From Methanococcus maripaludis (GTDB taxonomy: Archaea; AGJL01; Methanococci; Methanococcales; Methanococcaceae): a DNA stretch of 32,000 nucleotides. Of the stretch, positions 27,534-32,000 are shown one piece after another (position 1 is the first letter of the stretch; the number at the start of each line of letters is the position of its first letter). The translations under genes were made by a program, and so were the position numbers. Where the stretch lies: contig NZ_CP026606.1 in assembly GCF_002945325.1 (NCBI RefSeq), positions 1,170,001 to 1,202,000 on the forward strand, in the 5' to 3' direction. A model generated the notes under the pieces. That model worked only from the letters and a program-made list of their open reading frames with translations. It had not been told where the DNA came from and did no database searches.

Positions 27534-28505
27534 ATGGATTTAAGCAAGCTCGCTGATGAACTCAGAAACTTTGAAGGCGTTACAAGAAAAAAAGAAATCA
27601 AAAATGTTGTTAATAATTTTAATTTTCAGGAAGATTATGACTTTGATATTGTTGTAGATTTTGGGGATGATGCAGCAATAATTGGAATCGACGACGAAAA
27701 TGCAGTTTTACTCGCGGCAGATGGAATCTGGGGAAAATTACTTGAAGCAGACCCATTTTGGGCAGGATACTGCGCAGTTTTAGTAAATGCAAATGATATT
27801 GCCGCAATGGGCGGGAGATCTATTGGAATGACAAATATTATAGGTATAAAAGACTGCGATAAAGGAAAAGATCTGTTAAAGGGCCTTAAAGAAGGGGTCA
27901 GTAAATTTGGAATACCTGTCCTCGGAGGCCACACGCACCCTGATGCACAGTGCAATGTTTTAGATATTTCAATTACAGGAATTGTAAAACGAGACCATGT
28001 TTTAAGGAGCGATGCTGCAAAAACTGGTGACAAAATCGTCTTCGCATATGATTTGGATGGAAAAATCCATGAAAAATTTAATTTAAACTGGGATACTACT
28101 TCAATGAAATCTAAAAAATACGTTAGAGACCAGTTAAAAGTTCTCGAAATAATCGGTGAAGAACACCTTGCAAACTCATGTAAGGATATAAGTAATCCGG
28201 GCGGACTTGGGACTTTAGGAATGCTTTTAGAAGTTTCAAAAAAAGGTGCAATGGTGGATGTAAGTAAAATCCCTGTTCCAGAAGATATTTCATTAAACCA
28301 CTGGCTTAAAATGTATCCTGGAAGCGGTTTTGTATTTACCGCGCCTGAAAACAAAACAAAAGAATTAATCGAAAAACTTGAATTTGCAGGAATCGAATCT
28401 GCAGTCTGCGGTGAAGTTAAAAATGATAAAAAATTCATGATAACTGACGGGACCGAAAAAACAATGTTTTTTGACTTTGATACAGAATACATCTGCGGCT
28501 GTTAA
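27534..28505 (+). CDS. AIR synthase-related protein (PurM/ThiL/HypE/SelD fold), possibly methanogenesis marker protein 2
   Basis: 323 aa with FGDDAAIIG...AADG...DPFWAGYCAVLVNANDIAAMGG, typical of the PurM-like ATP-binding superfamily. It lacks the ThiL HF motif and ends in the unusual C-terminus YICGC. The marker-2 assignment is from memory and unverified. Confidence 0.65.
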   Translation: MDLSKLADELRNFEGVTRKKEIKNVVNNFNFQEDYDFDIVVDFGDDAAIIGIDDENAVLLAADGIWGKLLEADPFWAGYCAVLVNANDIAAMGGRSIGMTNIIGIKDCDKGKDLLKGLKEGVSKFGIPVLGGHTHPDAQCNVLDISITGIVKRDHVLRSDAAKTGDKIVFAYDLDGKIHEKFNLNWDTTSMKSKKYVRDQLKVLEIIGEEHLANSCKDISNPGGLGTLGMLLEVSKKGAMVDVSKIPVPEDISLNHWLKMYPGSGFVFTAPENKTKELIEKLEFAGIESAVCGEVKNDKKFMITDGTEKTMFFDFDTEYICGC

Positions 28506-28514
28506 GGGATATGC

Positions 28515-28805
28515 ATGAAAATGATGATAGATGGTGTATTTTACAACCCTGAGAAAATAGATTTTGAAAACGTTCTTCAAAAACTTGTTGAAATTTTGGG
28601 CGAAGATTTAAAAGTTCTTTCGCTTGAATTTCCAGAATTTGCGGCAATTTACGAACCTGATTGTTATTACAGGTCGGGTTTTTGTCTTGACAAGGAAATT
28701 GATGAAGAATTAAGCATTGAAGAATTAGCAAAAATTAAGGAAGAGATAATAGCAGCATTTCCAGAAGACACTATTGTCTACAGCCTTATGTGTGAAATTT
28801 TATGA
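28515..28805 (+). CDS. Small acidic hypothetical protein
   Basis: 96-aa ORF starting 9 nt after the upstream stop. Its stop overlaps the next start (ATGA). I recognise no family. Confidence 0.5.
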   Translation: MKMMIDGVFYNPEKIDFENVLQKLVEILGEDLKVLSLEFPEFAAIYEPDCYYRSGFCLDKEIDEELSIEELAKIKEEIIAAFPEDTIVYSLMCEIL

Positions 28806-29512
28806 ATAAATTAAAATCAGACGAAGTAAAAGCTTTTTATGAAAATTGGGACGTTTCAAAGTATCCTAATTACTTAAAACTTTTAATGGAGTTTGAAGAA
28901 AACCTTATTTTTAAGATAATTTCAGAAGATGACTTTTTTAAATCTTTATCCAAATCCCACAAAAATACTAAAATACTCGATTGCGGTTGCGGTTTTGGTT
29001 CATTTTACAACTTAACAAAAGATTTTGATACGGTTTACCTTGATTTTTCGCTGAATCTTTTAAAAAAATTTAAAATTGAAAAAAATAAAATCTGTGCAAA
29101 TATTGAAAATTTACCATTTAAGAATGGTATTTTTGATTTAATCTTGTGCATCAATGTTTTAGAGCATGTTAATTTTGAAAAAGCAGTTTTTGAAGTAAAA
29201 CGTGTTTTAAAAACAAATGGAAGAGCTTATTTTATTGTAGTAAATGCCGATTCAATAATCAATGATGAAATATTTGTTGACTGGAAAATACCTCATAATT
29301 TAATTTCAAAATCCGATTTTATTGATAATGAATCCCCTGATTTCAAAATAGAGTATATAAAATCATTTTATTTTTTACATCCATTCTTTAAGCTGTTTCC
29401 AAAACTTATTTTAAAAAGAATAATAGATTTATTTTTTAAAAATGACGAAAAGATTTCAAAGGTTTTGAAATTTAAAGGACAGTTTTTAATTTGCAAAATG
29501 GTGAAAAAATGA
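28802..29512 (+). CDS. Class I SAM-dependent methyltransferase
   Basis: 236 aa with motif I ILDCGCGFGSF and motif post-II/III LPFKNGIFDLILCINVLEHV (Methyltransf_11-like). The substrate is unknown. Confidence 0.85.
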   Translation: MNKLKSDEVKAFYENWDVSKYPNYLKLLMEFEENLIFKIISEDDFFKSLSKSHKNTKILDCGCGFGSFYNLTKDFDTVYLDFSLNLLKKFKIEKNKICANIENLPFKNGIFDLILCINVLEHVNFEKAVFEVKRVLKTNGRAYFIVVNADSIINDEIFVDWKIPHNLISKSDFIDNESPDFKIEYIKSFYFLHPFFKLFPKLILKRIIDLFFKNDEKISKVLKFKGQFLICKMVKK

Positions 29513-30315
29513 TCTGCTGTCTTGGGCCAAGGGGAAGTTACAGCGAAAAAGCTGCTGTTACATTTTCAAAAGCGATAAATGATAGTGAAATCCAGTTCGA
29601 AGATTCAATTTATAATGTTTTCAAGGCAGTTGAAACCAATCCTGAATTTTTTGGGGTAGTTCCATCTGAAAATTCAATTGGCGGTTCAGTATCGATTACA
29701 CAAGACCTTCTTTTGGAATTTCCCGTAAAAATTCTCGGTGAAGTGGATATTTCGATAAACCACTGTTTAATTGGCTACGATATCAAAAAAGTAACCGAAG
29801 TTTTAGCTCATCCTCAGGCACTAGCACAGTGTGGACATTACATTACAAAAAATAACTGGAATATAATGCCTGTTGACAGCAACGCAAAAGCTGCAAAAAT
29901 TGTTTCAGAGAAAAAAGACGAGAAACTTGCAGCAATCTGCGGTGTTGAAAATGCAGAAATTTATGAATTAAACGTCCTTGATGAAAACATTCAAGATTAC
30001 AAAAATAATACAACAAGATTTTTTTTAATCTGCAATAAAAAAAAGGATTTTAAAACTGATTTAAAACCAAATAAGGTATCCCTTGTAATTGAAATAAATA
30101 AAAACATGCCTGGAGCATTTTATGAAGTTTTGGGCGTATTTAAATATCGAAATGTTAATTTAACAAGAATTGAATCAAGACCTTCTAAAAAAGAAATTGG
30201 AAATTATGTATTTTACATAGATTACGAATATTATGATGACAATTCTGCGCTACTTAGAGATCTTCGGTTTTGGGCATTAAATGTAATCGAACTTGGAAAT
30301 TATTTTGTGGTATAA
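29509..30315 (+). CDS. pheA: Prephenate dehydratase with C-terminal ACT domain
   Basis: I placed the start at ATG 29509, which overlaps the methyltransferase stop (ATGA) after SD GGTGA, giving 268 aa. The motifs are LGPRGSYSE, TRFFLI and ESRPSKK. Confidence 0.9.
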   Translation: MICCLGPRGSYSEKAAVTFSKAINDSEIQFEDSIYNVFKAVETNPEFFGVVPSENSIGGSVSITQDLLLEFPVKILGEVDISINHCLIGYDIKKVTEVLAHPQALAQCGHYITKNNWNIMPVDSNAKAAKIVSEKKDEKLAAICGVENAEIYELNVLDENIQDYKNNTTRFFLICNKKKDFKTDLKPNKVSLVIEINKNMPGAFYEVLGVFKYRNVNLTRIESRPSKKEIGNYVFYIDYEYYDDNSALLRDLRFWALNVIELGNYFVV

Positions 30316-30425
30316 CAACAGAATATGGCGAAAGAAATTAATTTATCCATTTACATATTTTAAAATGCATTACTATTTATATGAAAACCGCTTACTTACT
30401 AAAAATCACTTATTCGGGTGTTAAA

Positions 30426-31676
30426 ATGGAAAGTTACATTCAAAACTTGTTTGCTGAAAGAATTGGCGGCAAAAGCTTTGGAAAAGAAGATGTAATCTAC
30501 AAATTCGAAAAAATTAAAAGAGCAAAACAGGCTGCGAAATTAAAGTATCCCGACATGGAATTAATCGACATGGGTGTTGGAGAACCTGATGAAATGGCTG
30601 ACGAGTCCGTAGTTGAAGTTTTATGCGAAGAAGCAAAAAAACACGAAAATAGAGGATATTCTGACAACGGTGTTCAGGCATTAAAAGACGAAATCCCAAT
30701 TTACATGGAAAAAATCTTTGGGGTTAAAGATTTAGATCCTGTAAACGAAGTAGTTCACTCAATCGGATCAAAACCTGCTTTAGCATACATTACATCAGTG
30801 TTTATCAATCCTGGCGATGTAACCTTAATGACAGTTCCAGGATACCCTGTTACTGCAACACACACCAAATGGTACGGCGGAAGTGTAGAAACCTTACCAT
30901 TGTTGGAAAAAAATAACTTCTTGCCAGAACTCGACGCAATTTCAAAAGAAGTTAAGGAAAAAGCAAAAATTCTTTACTTAAACTACCCAAACAATCCAAC
31001 TGGTGCTCAGGCTACCAAAAAATTCTACAAGGAAGCAGTAGATTTTGCATTTGAAAACGATTTAATAGTTATTCAAGATGCGGCATACTCTGCATTAACT
31101 TACGGCGACAAACCGCTTTCATTCCTCTCATTAAAAGATGCAAAAGAAGTTGGTGTTGAAATTCACAGCTTTTCAAAAGCGTACAACATGACTGGATGGA
31201 GACTTGCATTTGTTGCAGGAAACGAACTCATTGTAAGGGGCTTTGCAGCAGTTAAAGATAATTACGATAGCGGACAGTTCATTCCAATTCAAAAAGCAGG
31301 AATTCACTGTTTAAGACACCCTGAAATCACTGAAAAAACAAGGGCAAAATACGAAAGAAGACTTTCAAAAATGGTTAAAATCTTAAAAGAAGCAGGATTC
31401 AACGCAAAAATGCCTGGAGGAACATTCTACCTCTACGTGAAAGCACCAATCGGAACAAAAGACGGCGCTAAATTTGCAAACGCTGAAGAGTTCTCACAAT
31501 TCATGATAAAAGAAAAACTTATTTCAACCGTGCCATGGGACGATGCAGGAAACTTCGTAAGAATGGCAGCATGCTTTGAAGCATTCAAAGACGGCGAAAT
31601 TTCAATCGAAGAAGAAGACAGAATCTTAAACGAAGTTAAAAGAAGATTAACTGAAGTAGAATTTGTTTTTGAATAA
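30426..31676 (+). CDS. dapL: LL-diaminopimelate aminotransferase (DapL-type PLP aminotransferase)
   Basis: I placed the start at ATG 30426 (MESYIQNLFAERIGG...) after SD GGGTG. The track's ATG 30381 lies inside a TATA-like box, TTTATATG. The product is 416 aa with the PLP-lysine motif SFSKAYNMTGWR. Methanococci are known to use the DapL lysine pathway. Confidence 0.85.
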   Translation: MESYIQNLFAERIGGKSFGKEDVIYKFEKIKRAKQAAKLKYPDMELIDMGVGEPDEMADESVVEVLCEEAKKHENRGYSDNGVQALKDEIPIYMEKIFGVKDLDPVNEVVHSIGSKPALAYITSVFINPGDVTLMTVPGYPVTATHTKWYGGSVETLPLLEKNNFLPELDAISKEVKEKAKILYLNYPNNPTGAQATKKFYKEAVDFAFENDLIVIQDAAYSALTYGDKPLSFLSLKDAKEVGVEIHSFSKAYNMTGWRLAFVAGNELIVRGFAAVKDNYDSGQFIPIQKAGIHCLRHPEITEKTRAKYERRLSKMVKILKEAGFNAKMPGGTFYLYVKAPIGTKDGAKFANAEEFSQFMIKEKLISTVPWDDAGNFVRMAACFEAFKDGEISIEEEDRILNEVKRRLTEVEFVFE

Positions 31677-31718
31677 ACTTTAAACTTTTTTTAAATTTTT
31701 AATTTAATCCAAATTAAT

Positions 31719-32000
31719 TTAATTTTTATTTTTTTCAAGTTTTAAAAGTGCATTTTTGGCAGCTTTCATTTCAGCTTCCTTTTTACTTTTTCCAATTCCC
31801 TTTCCAAGTATATTTCGGTCCGATTTCACTGTTACAACAAATTTTTTATCGTGGGCCTCTCCAGTTTCTTCTAAATTTACATATTTGATAGTTTTATTGG
31901 ATAATCCTGGAATTTCCTGCAATTTAGTTTTATAATCAATAAAAAATTCTTTTGAACTTTTTTCAATAATTGGAATTATGTGATTATATACAAACTTTTT
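31719..32000 (-). CDS. rnc: Ribonuclease III, C-terminal part (dsRNA-binding domain); gene continues beyond the right window edge
   Basis: The frame is open from nt 32000, and the track's M at 31922 is an internal TTG Leu. The sequence ...FFIDYKTKLQEIPG...GEAHDKKFVVTV...GKGIGKSKKEAEMKAAKNALLKL closely matches the bacterial RNase III dsRBD consensus. Confidence 0.8.
   Translation of the reverse strand, partial: KKFVYNHIIPIIEKSSKEFFIDYKTKLQEIPGLSNKTIKYVNLEETGEAHDKKFVVTVKSDRNILGKGIGKSKKEAEMKAAKNALLKLEKNKN

Noticed and set aside
27635-28492. A 285-aa ORF on the minus strand, antisense to almost the whole AIR-synthase-related gene. It is the longest antisense ORF in the window, which is striking in an AT-rich genome.
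   Set aside because: The product is low-complexity and Ser/Pro/Ile-rich, with no recognisable motif. No SD precedes its ATG (upstream sequence is cccttaacagccgcag). It fully overlaps a gene with clear family signatures. In this antisense phase, stops arise only when a sense codon ending in T or C precedes a Tyr codon, or one ending in T precedes a His or Gln codon. There are only about 15 such sites, so an open shadow frame is rare but expected a few times per genome. It would become interesting only with Ribo-seq or proteomic support.
28521-28560. A C/D-box sRNA-like pattern, with ATGATGA (C box) followed by CTGA (D-type box) at the 5' end of the 96-aa ORF.
   Set aside because: The spacing between the boxes is about 21 nt instead of about 12. 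There is no recognisable C' box or terminal D box, and no terminal stem. The sequence is simply the Met-Met-Ile codons of an ORF start.
30381-30425. The track's longer N-terminal extension of dapL (start 30381), and similar upstream GTG or TTG starts for mtrA (844), mcrB (8857), rpl23 (17064), fno (13950), the DUF3343 protein (21747) and pheA (29491).
   Set aside because: In each case a downstream ATG has a well-spaced SD and gives the N-terminus typical of the family. The upstream alternative start lies within the SD or the TATA box, or adds residues with no family counterpart.
31710-31720. A possible fourth, degenerate copy of the 29-nt element (core CAAATTAATTT) at the convergent dapL/rnc junction.
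   Set aside because: Only the 11-nt AT-rich core matches and the flanks do not align. By rough estimate, an 11-mer of this composition has an appreciable chance of occurring once in 64 kb of two-strand AT-rich sequence. It also overlaps the rnc stop codon.
1-32000. I looked for CRISPR arrays, IS elements or transposases, integrases next to the three tRNA genes, prophage or defence-island content, and compositional islands.
   Set aside because: I saw no regularly spaced direct repeats and no transposase, integrase or recombinase-like ORFs. No tRNA 3'-end duplications (att-like) flank the tRNAs. Every ORF over 100 aa that I accept is either a housekeeping family or a conserved archaeal hypothetical. 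Composition looks uniformly AT-rich apart from the highly expressed mcr, mtr and ribosomal genes.

Overview
AT-rich archaeal chromosome segment, clearly from a Methanococcus. Gene content and order match what I remember of the M. maripaludis mcr/mtr neighbourhood; the species cannot be verified without a search. All calls rest on motif and family recognition by eye, with no alignments run. Minus strand 1-8848 holds the methanogenesis core: mcrBDCGA (7517-8848 down to 3920), then mtrEDCBA (3652 down to 116), then the first 99 nt of an MtrA-like paralog. The radical-SAM McrA-modifying gene mmp10 lies divergent from mcrB. The rest is mostly housekeeping. There are three tRNAs: intron-containing tRNA-Met(CAT), tRNA-Leu(GAG) and tRNA-Ile(GAT). 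Other genes are ubiX, srp54, an F420:NADP oxidoreductase, a TIM-barrel isomerase, a fumarate hydratase beta subunit, the ribosomal block L3-L4-L23-L2-S19, translin, sepF, a Fap7-type kinase, pgk, pheA, dapL and the 3' part of a bacterial-type RNase III. I found no CRISPR array, IS element, integrase or recognisable defence genes, so most of the window is ordinary core genome. Six items deserve a second look. (1) A 29-nt element, about 40 nt if the adjoining run is counted, occurs three times, always at a convergent gene junction and next to the oligo-T tract of a highly expressed minus-strand gene. (2) All three tRNA genes have a TGCTT-loop-AAGCA palindrome at the predicted transcription start. 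(3) A four-gene operon encodes a split YedE/YeeE channel, a DUF3343 plus TusA-like fusion and a ribokinase-fold protein, a candidate selenium/sulfur uptake-relay system. (4) The Fap7 kinase P-loop lies upstream of any canonical start codon. (5) The mtrA 5' end is duplicated as a 113-nt near-perfect copy. (6) A membrane-anchored OB-fold/zinc-ribbon protein is translationally coupled to an orphan TctA-type permease.
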